A DNA stretch of 64,000 nt from Antedon mediterranea (taxonomy: Eukaryota; Animalia; Echinodermata). Every line of letters starts with the position of its first letter. Position 1 is the first letter of the stretch. Below the pieces are notes generated by a model. It saw nothing but the letters and a program-made list of their open reading frames with translations, searched no databases and was not told the origin of the DNA. The stretch covers positions 7,316,001 to 7,380,000 of the forward strand of contig NC_092673.1 of assembly GCF_964355755.1 (NCBI RefSeq), in the 5' to 3' direction. Below are positions 27,601-42,600 of the stretch, piece after piece. The position numbers were made by a program, and so were the translations under genes.

Positions 27601-30600
27601 AAATGATGCCTGGAAAAGCAATCCCGTTCCTCATCAAGCATAATACTTTTTTACCACATATACTGTTCTAAATAAATACTAATAGTACAAAAAGTAAAAG
27701 TTCCACAAAAAAATACCTGGCGTTTGGTAGAAAATTACCTTTAAAGTTGGTAAATATGCCAACGATTTCTTACGAAATAGCGAGGCTGAAACAACTGGTG
27801 GCGCACTATAACTAGACTGTACTATTATTATCACGGTTTATAAGAAATAAATAGGCAAGTTATTTATTATCAAAATAGATTTATTCTTTATTTTTTTAAA
27901 TAAATTTGGTGAATACAAATTTATATTAACTCTAAAATTGAAATTTAGAGTTAATAATTATCCCCCGACATTAAAACATTTATAATTACAAATGGCTTCA
28001 ACTGTTCGTATAATGGTTTCTCCCGACAGGTAGGCTATTAATAGCAGTAGAAATACAGCAGCAATAATGCTAAGTTTATACCGTAGGATGTACATAGTGA
28101 CTGATATGATTTAACTGTGAAACATATAGAACACATATTCCTAGTAATAAACACCAATGCAATAGTAAATTTAAATTATTAAATGAAATACAAACATCAA
28201 ATATTTGTTTTGTTTCAATGTAATTGTATTTATTCTCATGGTTAATATTTTTCTTTATATTCTCATGGTTACACAATTTCTTTTAATGGTTACACAATTT
28301 CTTTATATTCTCATAGTTACTATTTTTCTTTATATTCTCATGGTTACAGTTTTTATTATTATATTCTCATGGTTACATTATTTATTTATATTCTCATGGT
28401 TACAGTTTTTATTATTATATTCTCATGGTTACAGTTTTTATTATTATATTCTCATGGTTATATTATTTATTTATATTCTCATGGTTTCCATTTTGTTTTC
28501 ATTTTTTTTAAATCTTTTTTTTTATTCACATGCTCACAGTTTCTGTTTGCATAACCATGGTAGTGTTTCACATTGGTTATAGTGTAGGCCTATTACATTA
28601 CAGTTACTTTTTATGATGATTTTGTTGCATTCAAAACCGTATAAACTACAGTATATTTCATATTCATCTTCCTCATATAGTCTAATTCCTCATAGTCCAA
28701 TTCATCATAGTCTAATTCATCATCTTCAATGCCATAGTCTGGTGTGTCTTCTTTTTCTTCTTCTTCTTCTCTTGTCCTGTTTTCACACTCATCTCATTCA
28801 CACTCGAACAGTTAATCCTAGAGCAAGTGACTTTGGAGTCTGCCTTCTTCCTTTCCAAGGTACAGGATTTCCTGGCATATCGATAAAATTTTCGTTCGAG
28901 TTTCTTCAGTAACATCTGAAAATGAGGTTTGTATAGTATCTTCTGCAGCACCAACACACTTTGCGATTAGATTAAACAACTCATATGGCACACTTTCAGA
29001 TATGTCAACATCATTAATGTCTGCTGCTCTTGGAGGCCATTCACTCTGCATACCTTTGTTTGATTTGATGGCATTATTTACTATCGTACCTGCAAGTATA
29101 TTTTATAGCATTCGATGAATGAAACATAGTAATAATAAATTTATATAAAGCATATACTGTATTGTGTACAGCATTTATGATCGACACCACTTACTATCAT
29201 AACAGTTTTGTTTTTTGAGTGCATACAGCTTTCACCTCTTTGATCCACAGCATTTCCTTAATTATGCAATAACATTTATTGTTGTTATTTAAAAATAAAC
29301 CAATATATACAAGTTATTGTATTTTAACCGTACCTGCAAAATATAGAGTCCTTAGTTTGTCTCTATTGTCACCATCAGTGGAGATTTCGTGTGTTGTAGA
29401 AGTAGTTGGAATATCTATGTCTGAATTTTATAGTTTTATCTAAATTTTAATAGAATCCATGTATTATTCATTTTATGTAAGTATTTCGATGTGGAGAGCC
29501 TCTCGACGGTTATTTTTATTTGTAACTTTTAGGTTATCCGGCCTCATTGACTTACTTTTGTATTGTTTTTTTGTACTGTTCTGTATATTGGCGAAATAAA
29601 TGATATGATATGATATATGATATGTCATACTCTGATGATTCATCTGTCTCCGTTGTACTTTTTCCTGATGACAAAAATGGATCAGCCACAAATCCAGGGG
29701 ATATATTGCTAAAGTACACCAGAACTGATTCATTTCTAATTAAGAAAAAATAAACAAAATATTTAGTTTGACCAATCCACAAAAAGATTTTTTTTAAAAT
29801 TATCCCTGGTGAAATAATCATTTAATATAAACACACTAAGCAACTAACCTTCTTGTGGGTGAATGAAAAATTAGGTTAGGATAATCCATCCTGAGCTTCT
29901 TCTTCAACACGTCTGATCTATAAATAACAGATTAATTGATTATAATTAATTGTAACACAGATACAATGAAGAAATTATTACAGCAACTGGATCTCAAAAA
30001 TATTACAATTATTTCATCGTTTTTAAGAAGGGATCGACAGCCTACCTTATAGTTGACAAGTAAACATTTTCTGTTTTTTCAATTGATTTCATGAAAAGCT
30101 TTTGGAGTTTTGCGAGTCTTGGTATCTCCTGTCCATACTGTAACCGTTTATCAATTACATCTCTGCAAAATACCTTATAGCTTTGCTTATATTTTAAAAA
30201 AACACTTTCCAATTCCCTGTAAAAAATAATAAATATTATTAAAATATATTTTAATATTTTATAGATTTTGGTGTTTAAAAATTCAACATTTAGACTGAAG
30301 CAAATAAAAAAAAAAATTAAAAATGTAAATTCAAAAAACCAACAAGAGTTTTAGAAAGTTACGTTTTACTCACTTTCCAGAATATAGAGCTTATATTGGT
30401 ATTTAACTAAAATTAATTGTGTAGCCTACTGAATAATATATACTGTATAATATAATATGACCTAGGGCCTAGGCCTACGTAGTAGTACTGGTACTACAGT
30501 AGTAGAAAGCCCAATCAACAACCAAGCACAGAAACTCTAAGGGCACAATATAGATCTAGGCCTATCTATAGATATATAGATCAGTAGCACCCTATATACT

Positions 30601-33600
30601 GTATCATTTAACTATATTATTAACTCTTAGAGTATTCTGATAATAATCGAAACCAAATATTACCTTTTTTAGTCGAGATGTATCAGTATATCGCCTGTAA
30701 CAGGTAGCATGAAAACCTAAGCCTGGATGCTCGCGTACGACATCGTCAAGCGATTTACCTTCATCAGACATACCAAGAAGCTCCGTCAAATGTATGGCGA
30801 TTTCCTTGCCGTCTCCATCTAATTTTATCCAACTCTTTGAACAGAGCAACACTTTATTCCATCGAATCTCAGTAATTGGACTGATAATTTCATTTGAATG
30901 CTTGTAAATTTGGAAAAAACATTTCAACTTTACTTTGTCTGAGCGAGAAGATCCTTCCTCGTCGGACGCCATTTCGTGTTTACATCGTGTGGTTTTGACG
31001 TCTGCTGCCTAAACGTCGCGTATGATTGGTTTAACTGATGTCATGTGATACAAAATGGCAACTGCGAAAATATATTCTTTTATACTTTTAAAATCAAGAT
31101 TTCTTTAAAATGTCAGGAAAATTTTCGTGGAACTTTTTAATACGTGATTAATTTATTTTTATGTATATGAATCAAGAGAGTTCACTTATTATGCTTAATG
31201 AGGAACAAGAAAAAATGTTTTCATCTTCACCGTAAGGCCTATTACAACACTTTAGCTCCACTGGTGGTGGAGTAGGTTTGCTGTACTTGTAATGCTTGGC
31301 AGTTCATTTCTTTTTGGATGTTCAGAACTTTGTGATGTTTCTTTGTGAGTTTGCTGAAGAAGTATCCAGAAATATTGGAATTATATACATGTAAAATCTG
31401 TGTGGAGTTGTATCAGTGTCAATGAGACATACCAAAGTGTTTGTTTGTTTAAAGTGTGTATAATTGTATAGCACTGTAGACTACAATGGGTTGGTTAGAA
31501 GTAATCAGAGGTAAGGCTTAATACTGGTCTAATTTAATAAGTTTTGACTTACTTAAAGTAATCATCAGCAACTATTGTTAACAGTTCAAGTTACATATTA
31601 AGACGTTTAATACTTAATAGCAAGATTAATGTGTCTTTAATATGCTATGGAGACTTGGTCTTTCTATGAGATGATCTTTTAAGAGCCCCTATGGTCGCAT
31701 TGTGGTTTTACCATTTTATACATGGTAGACATTGGACTTTACCTATAACATTCCTTTTTAGCAAATTCTTTTTAACTTGAAGAGGAATGTTTTACTTATT
31801 TTTCACAAGCAACTATTGTTACATTGTTATTAATGTGTAGATGCATTACACAATAATTATATATATTGTTTCATTTTATTATGACCTGTTTGTGAATTTA
31901 TATGCGTTGCATACTCGTTCTCACCGTCTTTTTTTTTCGTGAAAATATTTTTATGACGATCATTGAACCATCAAGTTTGATATGATTGTTATATCTCAAT
32001 TGAGTTGAAAGGGTACTTTTTTACAATATACAAAGACATCAGAATATTTTTCTCACAGGTTTACAGTTGGGGGAATAAAATGCTGTAGTATATAGAAAAT
32101 TGGAGTACTGTTAGTTAAAAATGATGGATTTTCCAAGTTGACGTTTAGTTGTAGTTTGGGCGTCATAAAATGAAAGGCAACTACTGTAAGCTAAATCGTA
32201 CAGTACGTACTCAGAAGGATGGCTTAAAATGGTGTTTTGGTTGTTTTGATTAATTATGGATGTTTCATACTTCCATATGTTCTCACTATATGTATATTAG
32301 TTTGTTTCAATATAGTAGAAATGTATTGTACTGCAATTAACTGGATCTCTATGACTACAGAACATATAAATATTGTATTAAACAAGTTTGAAGAGTATCA
32401 AAATGAATAAGTAAAGCAAGGCCATAGCCACCAGTAAGATTGGTAACGTTTCAACCTGACCACTTTACGACAGAGGTCTTTCACAAATCTGTAGTCAGTA
32501 CATAGATTGTTCCCTTTTCTTCTTGTGGCTATAGCACTGTGCAGTAGAATTATTGAGACATGGCCCCTAAATATTATTTACTCTTTTCTATATGTAGATT
32601 CGAGCAATAGCAGTTATGCCTCGAAGACACTTCCATCGACATTCAGCAAGTCTGGGTTTTATAGAACCATGAAGAAGAACTTCACAAAGCAGATTGACAG
32701 TCCAGACAGAATGAAGCAGAAGAGCAAGACATTAACACGCAAACATAAGACACCTAAAAGTAGTAAGGCCACATCCTTGGACGCTGAGTCTCCTAGAAAC
32801 TCCATGTTAAAGGTAAGGCTGTTTGTCTTTTGGGAAAATACTTTCAGGATACAATACTTAGTAACTAAAAATAAAAGGCTCAAGGCAAGTTTGACCTGGA
32901 ACTAAGAGCAGCTGAAGTGACTATACCTTTAGTTTAGGTTCTAGTGGTTAAAGATAAATATTTTGGCACACATGGCCTTTCATACATATAATAAACATAA
33001 AAGACAATAACTAGCGACTTGGCAAGTCCACACCTTTTTAGTTTTTATTTACATACATTAATAAACACGTACACTACTCCTAATTTTCAAAAGCTGGGTT
33101 TTCAACAACAAAATTGAGCCAGTTAGCAAATTGTGTTGCTTTCAGTTGAGTTTTTTAGGTCAGTTGTGCTTAGTCAAGACCAGTTCCTTTCAGTCTGAGT
33201 TCAGTTCCAGGTCAACAAAAGTCGCTTTTTAAAAAAAATTTTAATTTCACAATTTTAAGTGGATTCTTCTGTAAAAATGTTAAAAAATTGTAGTTGGTGA
33301 AAAAAACACATTAAAAGCACATTATTATAAAATCTTTTTTAATAGTACAATATGGTCTCTGATGCTTATTCGGTAAGTTTTAGATTAAATGGGTTTTACT
33401 GATTTTATAGTTGATTTGAATGATATTCTGAGGATTAAATTTTGGCTTGAAATTTGTGCTCACTGATGTTCTGGGTGTGTATCGCTAATTGGAGCATGTC
33501 AGGTTGCAGTATAAATACTTAACTGGCGTGTGTACTGAAAGAATTGTGTGACCGATAAGTGTGCCTAACAATTTTCCACTCGAAGCATTTAGGAAACAAC

Positions 33601-36600
33601 TTTCATAAAACAAAAATACAATCATTATATAATTTTGATGAAAATTACTAAATGAAAGTTCAGGTAATCATAATTTGCATAGATGCTCAATATGTTGTTT
33701 GAAGTATGGCAAATATGGAATTGAGCAAAATATGAAGCAAAATATAGTTTTCTATAGTAAAAACATTGCCAATATAATTGACGTAGTTTTTAACAAACTT
33801 CTATCACTAATTTGCAATTACTGTAGAGTTGAATGCTAGAAAAGTTTGCATGGCTGGTTGCCTTTTGGTTTGTAGTTTTTAAATGCACTACTAGTACTAT
33901 ACTCAAGTTTTGCTAATAATAATTTTATTTGGTCTGTTTGTCGCATAGCCATCATATTATGGCTAAAATCAGTTTGTCGTATAAATGAAAAAAACATCTT
34001 ATTATATTTATTGTTTCTAAATTAATTAATTACCAGTATGTCACCAGGCAGGTTTACTGTAGAATTTGTGTACTGGTAATTTATAAAAAATAATAAATAT
34101 TTTTAAAGTCAAAATTGCTACAGAATTATACTGTAAACAGTTTAGAATCTCCAGTATTGATTTTGTTGTTGTGTTAATACCAAAAATGAAGTTTTGACCA
34201 TCTGAAATTAGTCAAAAGTAAATGGTATTCTAGCCTTATTCATGTGTCTCGTGACCATGTCTGATATACTGTAGTCTACATCTGTACCAGCACTTAAATG
34301 GTATTAGAAGAAATGTTTTAGCTGCATGCAATTTTAAAAAGAGTTAAACTGACTTATTGATTGAAGTTAAATTGATAAAAGATAAATGTTTCTAAATTTT
34401 ACATTTACTAGAGTGCTTGGTTTTTAAAGTGCATGCAATTGTTTACTGTACCATATATGTACAGTGTATAAATACCTAATAATACCATCCGAATGATCCA
34501 GCAACCAATAAACGTGTTGGCTGCAAACCTGCTGTATGCCAATGTTATAGCTATCTATGGTTTTATGATGTCTCAGTCTTAACAGCTATTTACATGCATA
34601 AAATGTATGTCTAGTGTGAATGTACACAGTACTGTGTGTGTTTAGTGCATTAGGGTAAATGATAAGTTGTATACATAAAGATGTGATGTATAAAAAGAAA
34701 GACACAAAATGTATTGCGTGTAACAGTACAGTATCGGTACATGTATTTGATATTTATGTGGCATACATATATTTTTTCTGTCTGGATACAGGCTGCGGAT
34801 CAGATATTTGAACTTCATAATGCTATCTTGTGGTGCATCAATGATTTTCACGCTAAAACCAATGAACAAATCAGTAATATACTGTATGATGGAACTTGAA
34901 TTTAAATGTTGTACAATTTGATGATAAGGCATAGGAAAGTTAATTATCTTTAAACATTTATGTTTAATGCCATGAATATAATGATTGTTAATGTTACACC
35001 TAGATTTAGATAATAAACCAAAACACAACCAGGCTGAACATAGCATGCATAAGGAACTTTAAACTGCCATTCTCTTATTTTCTATTTTATTTCATTATTT
35101 AACATTTATTCTATCTATATATTAGCTTATTTTGCTATATTATAATATTGTTTTGACAGTATTGACCTACTTCCACTAAATATCAGAGTATTATTAGTAT
35201 GGCCATTACATTAACTGTGCATAGGAATTTTATCTACATATTTTGGACAGGATTTAATTGGCTTATTATATTTCTGGGTTGTTTTATATGCTATGGATCT
35301 GCAGAGGCTATTGAATTCTCTGGCTATTAGATTGATTATTTTCACTGATTGACAGCAGTACCATGGCAACGAGGGTGTAATCATCATTTTTATTAGTCCA
35401 GAGTAGGGTTGTTATAAGCACAGCACATTTCGCTAGTGAATTAAATGTCATCGATGATACATTAGTTGTGTATGGCGTGCTATTCTTTAATCATTACAAA
35501 TATTATTTGAAGACATTGTATGTCCACATCTGTTCGCCACACTCACTTGCCATTTGCAATTTTTAGTATGATTTTAAAACTGTAGACAATGACTAGACAA
35601 TAGACATATATGACTAGACATGTTTGGTGGTAAATAGTTATGATTAATAATTATAAATGAGTTACTGTTTGGAAGTTCATCAAGCTGTGTTTGTTTATTC
35701 AATTTGTAAAGTTATTCTTGTCATCATTAAACTTTATCATTGACATTAAAAAGCTTTGTCATAATTACAATCATTCCATGTTTAACCCCGCCACATGACA
35801 TACTGGTATACTAAGTACATTACTATTAATACTACACAACACCAACTAGTGTAGATTTCTATCCATCATCCAGTACTGTCTGCACTAAAGTGCTTAATGT
35901 GTGATCAGTTAATTCTTTTATACCATCCATGTTAATTATGAAAACTCCAATGAACCTCTTGATAGGTATCAGAATGTAACTCCAAGACAAGCTCTTCAGA
36001 TCAGGGGTATGTTGGATGTTTAACAAGTGTATGTTTACGTTTAATTTTAAAAGCTATACTGCAATGATTCAACTCCAAAGGCCGATATATAAAGAAAAGT
36101 GGGTTTTCATCAAACTACTGATACAACCAAATATGGTAGTGATGGTATGACATCATTAATGTCATATATGGGCACATTTTTGTCACATAAATGTGATAGT
36201 GTAGACTGTTTAGATAGTTTATACCACACCTACCACATGATATCATTTATTAATTTCATAGAATATAGAAACCATAAATATCATGGGGTGATTAATAGGT
36301 CAAGGAATTGAAACTATTTTCTTATTTAATTTTTATCTGTTACAGTGTTGTTACTGTGTAGTGTATTTTGTTGACAGATACTGTAGCTATGACTAATAAT
36401 ATTATAATGGTGATTTTTATATCAACTAGCTGCGAGCGAGGTATGGTGACTCAATGCTGTAATTCTGATCATGCATAAAGATCAAGCTCACTGATGCGAA
36501 ATGCTGATTAAGTTTGTAAATTATTTACAATAACTCTAGGCTTCAACTGTTGTGTGCATTCATTTTACTAAAGCGCCCTCTACTATCGAAGTATTCGAAA

Positions 36601-39600
36601 TCTACAGTACATATCGATTATTTATAAACAACAACCCATTTCATGCCAGGTACTCATAGTACAGACTTGTCTGTTTGAAACATTCTCAACTGTAAATATC
36701 AAAAATTTCAATCCATTACAAAAATTATTTTTAGAAAGTACACCAAATCTACTTAATCATTTTTTTTTTAAATTCACATGTTTATTTTGATATTTGATTG
36801 GGAATTTTGAGTTACTGCAAATGTGATGGATAAAAAAAAAGATAGTCAAGCCTTGTTATACAAGGGTAACTCCCACACATAGGTGAATAGAAGATAACCA
36901 TGCCATCCGTATCTCCCATTGCCAGGAACAGACCTAGGGTTTTCCCTACTTTTCCCCATGGTTTTGATCCTATTGTTGTATCTGGAATAAGTTTTGAATA
37001 AACAATATAACTAGAGTGTTGTGTCAATCTACTGCAGTACTATAATGTATATTATCAGTTCATTGTACATTTAGTGCTCTTTCTCTTTTTGGTTTATAAT
37101 CTTGAATTGAACTTTCTATTGATTCAAGTCCTAAAATAAAATTATTTAAAGGTTTCTATCATTTAAAAAAAACATTACTTTACAGGGTAGTATCGTTTCT
37201 GTAGTATACTTTGTAACAATGAAACTTAATACAGGAAAATTTGAAAAACAATTAAAAATAGGCTGAGTGCATTTTGAGTATTAATCAAAAATAAAAGGGA
37301 AAATAAAATACATTTATCTTGAAAATATCTTTATGTAATATTGTATGAAGTTGATTTTAATAGCAAATTGTGTCATTGTATTTCAAACACTTATATTCAG
37401 TATTTTATTTCCTTGTGCATTCATTAACCCATTAAAAATGTATTACGGTATCCCCCAAAATCATGAAAAATTTAAATTAATTAAATCAGACTTTGAATAC
37501 GTTATTTTGTAGTTTTAATAAAGTTAATCACTTCCATGGAAAAAAAATATGTTTTCACCAATAAATTGACAAAATAAATGGTTAAATTCAACCAAAATCC
37601 CACTGGCTAGCAGCCAATTTGGCTGTTTTTTGCTTTAAATTAATTTTTTTTCAGGTAAATAAATACATTTTTTTTCGATCAATTTTTTGGTCAAAGTGGA
37701 TAACTATTATGTTACATTAAAATGGCATATTCAACAAAAATGTTGTTAAGAATTATTTTTTCGGGGTGACAATACATCTTTAAAAATATTTTTAAATTTC
37801 AAGAAACTTAGCACAGAACTTAACTGCTTTAAGACTGTGTTAAGCTGACCAAAGTCAGTCAAAATCTGAGCTCGCAAAATCCTCAGCCCGTGTGACCAAA
37901 ATATACAGGCTAACTAAAAATTAAAATGATCTTGATGGGTAGGCCTACTTAAGAAAAAAAAATGTTCTTTAAATTCATATTCGTACTGCTTAATAGAAAC
38001 TGGCCCTAAAAGAATGGAAGGAAATGAAGTCATTGTACTAAAACTTGTATTGGTATCCTTGTTGATTGAAATCCATTCTATCACCTTATAAATAGATATC
38101 TGCTTCTTCAATTAATAAACTACAGTATTTACAATATATAGTGTTGTGATTGTTTTTTAAGCTTGCTTGCGGTACTTCAAAATAGAACCTTACTAAGATT
38201 AGGATATGGACTTATGTCTGAGGACCACAACTCATTGTTAAACTATTAAATAGTATTATACATACATGTGGTGATTTACTATAACTACAGTAATTCTGTG
38301 ATGGCCAGTATCCATGGGTGTGACATTGCCAAATAACCAGGTTGATTTTGTTTTAATTTTATTTGGAATTCTTTTTGGCTTGCCAAATATTATTCTGTGA
38401 TATTGAAGAGGAGAAAAAAAAGTTACCAACAAGTGAACCTGGTTCTTCTTACTCCGCCCCCCCCCCCCATTCCCCAACATTTCATTTTGCAATTAAAAGA
38501 CTTTACAGAGCAAAATTAAACCTGATCAACAATTGATTGGTTCTTTTGAACTCTTGTTTTAAGAATGCCAATTTACTGATTACTTGAAGTTTGCTTTTGA
38601 ATTGAAAGTAAACATGTTATTATTAATTTATTTACCCTCAAATTTTAACCAGTTATTTCCTTACAATAGAAAGTACACTCAAGAGTTTAGTTTATGGTTG
38701 CTCGAGCACCATTAATGTTTAGAAATAACCAGAGGATATTGAGGAAGAAAGAAAACAAAAACCATGCAGATTCATTATCTCTTGAACATAGAATTTCATA
38801 GGGAACTTTCCCCGTGAAGTGACCTATGACCTGTCCATTCAACCCAGAATCTGCCAAAACTGTGTTGAGGATTCAAGCAAGGAAACACATCCCAATATCC
38901 CTGCATGTGCACAATGACATAACTAGTTCCTAGGTCGTAGGTCGTCACAAATTAAAACCAGCAAAGGGTAAATGCACTTTTAAAGGAGGTATCATGATTC
39001 AGTGCCAGAGGTTGTATCGAACTATAATAAATTATCAAATTAAAATTGCAACACAATAGAATTTATGAGATTTAATTAATTTATATTTCAATTACTTTCA
39101 TAAAAGTAAAGTTAACATCTTGAAATTATGACCCAAGGCAGAAGTAGAGTGTAATAATTTGCTATAGTTTCTGGTTAAATTACTCAGAATTGCCTATTCA
39201 CTGAGGAACATCAGCCCTAAGTGAATAGAGGCCTATAGTAATCGGAATAACCTACACTCTAAATTGGCAAACTCGAAATAGGCAAAGTATATTTTTGATT
39301 ATAGCTTTTCTTACAGTTTACAACAAAATATTGCTATACGATTGCTACTCATGTAGTATTTATTGTTTGGTTCAATGAGATTTTTGTTTTTTCTAAATGA
39401 TGTTATTGCAATTGCATTGTTCATAATCCCGGAAGTTTGTAGTTTCTATTTCCCTTAACATATGTATACAATGTTATTATGTACTGCAATAATAATTGTT
39501 TTAGTACACAGTATGTATTGTTTGTCTCTGTTTTGTTTTTACTATTTTTGTTACAATACAGATTACTGATTGTGTTTTTGTCAAAATGTTCATACGGATC

Positions 39601-42600
39601 TATTTTTAAGATTACAACCGTGATACATGCAAAAACTGGATTAAAATATAATATTACCAAAAATATAAATCTACTTGTTCCTATACTTTAAAATGTTCTG
39701 TGGTAGAACCTCCTTTGGGGAGGATAGGATACCCCTATTTCAGGAGACAACATTACATGTTTTAAAACTATAGTGGTCAAGCCCTCTTCAGAGGAAACCA
39801 TATTGGGATCCTTTTAGGTGTTCTACCAACAATTAAGTTAGCTGAAGTTATATCTGCACAATGTAAAAAAAAACATTATTTCAGTTACAGAAAGAATGTT
39901 TTTTTTTAAACTACAGTATTGTTTTTATTTAAATGCCATTTCACATTGGTCCTGTTTACAGACAGACTAACAAGAGTATGTCACAGACACTAACGCTAAA
40001 TGTGTCTGAGCATATACCCTTAAAATGTAAACATCAAGTCAAAGTTACAACACATTGCGAAATTGTGATTTTAATTTAGACATCAATCTGTAAAAAGAAA
40101 ATTGTGCAAAGTATTGAATGTCGTTCTATAAAGATGCGGGTATGTTACTCATAAGCAAATGCATTAAAGGCTTTTATTACCTCAGCTGTAGGATCAAGTT
40201 TATTGAGGAATTATACTTATTCGCTGGTTAGACAAACCTAAACACTCGCTATTTAGCTTTGAGTGGTGAAGGTGTATACAAAGCAAAAAAACCTGATTAA
40301 TTTATTACTATTTTCCAAGTATCGACAAAAGGTTATTTATATATGTTTAGGAATTCTGAGATTCTATTATTTTGGTTTGCTTCATCTGATTTTACTGGAA
40401 AATAAATATTCAATTTAATATTGACGGCTGTAAATTTGTCCAAAGGAATCGTGTAAACTCGTTGTTTCTGAAGATTTAATGTCCATTTTGAAGTACCCCT
40501 GTACCATCACTTGAAAAGATTACAGAAGGTGTTTGACCTTTGACCTACAGGGCTTCTACATTGATGAAAATGAGCAAGTATTATAGTACCAATAGTTATT
40601 TATACTTCAACGATTCAAAGTCGCTTAAGTTAGTATAAAGACGATAATATAAGTAAATGTTTTCTACCATCTCTATGATGATCATGGATACAAAACTTAG
40701 ATGTTTCAGCGATGGTTCATGTTATGTAATCTTTTTAATCCGCACGATTTCCTTTTTACTCTACGCAACAGAATTTGATAATCCGGCTACACCTCTTCCT
40801 TTAAAAGTCGTTCCGGGATATTTTTACTAGAATACTTATATCTACCATTCATTTCACACTTCTGGGAATTCAAAGGAATACATCATTATTCAGAAATTGT
40901 TCTCCAATGAAAAAGCAATGATATAACGTTTTGTACAATTTGAGGAAAATATTGGAATACTTGTTTTTTATTGGATCACCATGTATCATTTTGAGTATTC
41001 ACAACTTGTGTCGAGTATTGTGACGCTGCAGAGGAATAAGGTTAAAGTTTTAGTCATCGATGAAAAAGTAATTTTTTTGTTTTTTAAATTTGTATTCTTT
41101 TAAAGTATTATCAAGCCTATTTGTTTGAAGGTTAATATATGTATGTACCATGACTGTAGCCACGAGAAATAAAGTGGTGTATTGATCGCAAGAAAAGGGC
41201 CACAGGGTTATGAAATTGTTCACCTTGTTAAAACCTTACAAACCCTACTGGTGGCTATGGCTCTGATGTAGAAAGAGTTTGTATGGGTGCCACAGATACA
41301 AAGGTCTTTAGAAAGAGTTACAAGCTCTATCAATAAACATAATAATTTGTATTCAAATCTTTCATACTGTGTTGTAATTTTCAGGTTGAGAAAAGTAGTA
41401 GTAAATTGAGTTGCATGAAATATGTCTTTATTGGTGCATGAGGGGATTTTGAATTTAATGATAATAAAATATTATAACAAGTTTTTTAATGTTCGTTTTA
41501 AATATGTCTTTATAGTGCATGAATGGAGTTCAAATTTAATAATGATAAAATATAATTTTTTAATAAAATAAAAAACAGTTTTTAATGAGTTGTTCAGTAC
41601 CACACTGGTGTACAAGACTGGTGTGGTTTATTTCAAATGACATAAATTTGCTGTAATTAAACAACGCTGTAATTGCATTTACCACTTGATTTAAGAAAAA
41701 GGATATTAAATTGAAAAATTGTTTTTATTAATTAATATTGCTTATTTATATTATTTTTATTTTCCTATTGTAGGATGTCGACCGTATTCGAAATGCAGAG
41801 AAGCAAGTAACGCTGGCACTGAGGTGGTTTCAAAGTAAGTTCTTTTAATAGTAAGGGATCATGTCAAAGTTATTCCACTGCAGTTACTGCAGGCCTATTT
41901 AGAAAGCATTTTATCATACATAATACTGTTTGCAGTGACTGTCTCATCATCATATACAAAAAAAAACTAACATCATATGTTGTTGTAGTAAAATAATGTA
42001 GTTACTGCAGTGCAGTAAAATAATTGTTTATATTTATATATAAATACCTGCACCAGAGCTGGTGGATAGGGCTTCAACATGGCATCTGATTTAAGACAGC
42101 CATATTGTGAAGGGACTTTTAATGTGTTGAACTTTGATGCTATTAGAGTTTGCTATTTACTTTATAACATTTTTTTTGAAATGACAATTATGATTTGTTT
42201 ACATTTACAGAGGTTATAGATAAGGAGGTGATGACCATGCTGTCAAACACTGCCACCAAGGTGCTTCAAGAAGTCATTGAATTGCATACAATACTTAAAA
42301 CAACATTAAACAATGAAGACAGGTTAGTGTTATTTTGTTTTTATTAAACAGTATTTTGCACAGACTCACCTTAGAAGGCGAAACGGCCTAGCTTCAATGT
42401 GATCTAGTTCTTTCTAGAGAGCATTTGTTGTGTACAGCACTGTTTCTAACCTCTGGTAGGGGACATCTTTGGGACCCAACATAGTATCCTCTTATAAACA
42501 AATAAATAAATGTTCATTCCCTCATTCCTTTCTTGAAAAGTGTCTCCTTTAAAGCATTACAGTTAATATGGATGGCACGTTTTTGAACTGACTCCAGAAA

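Larger units (their letters stand above)
27581..31241 (-). mobile_element. Internally deleted Academ DNA transposon (3.66 kb)
   Basis: TIRs TAGGCCTTACGGCGAAGCTGAAA / TTTCATCTTCACCGTAAGGCCTA, 3-bp TSD TTA, transposase remnants inside. Confidence 0.88.

Noticed and set aside
28205-28582. Hydrophobic membrane-protein-like ORFs
   Set aside because: Translations of a T-rich minisatellite inside the Academ element.
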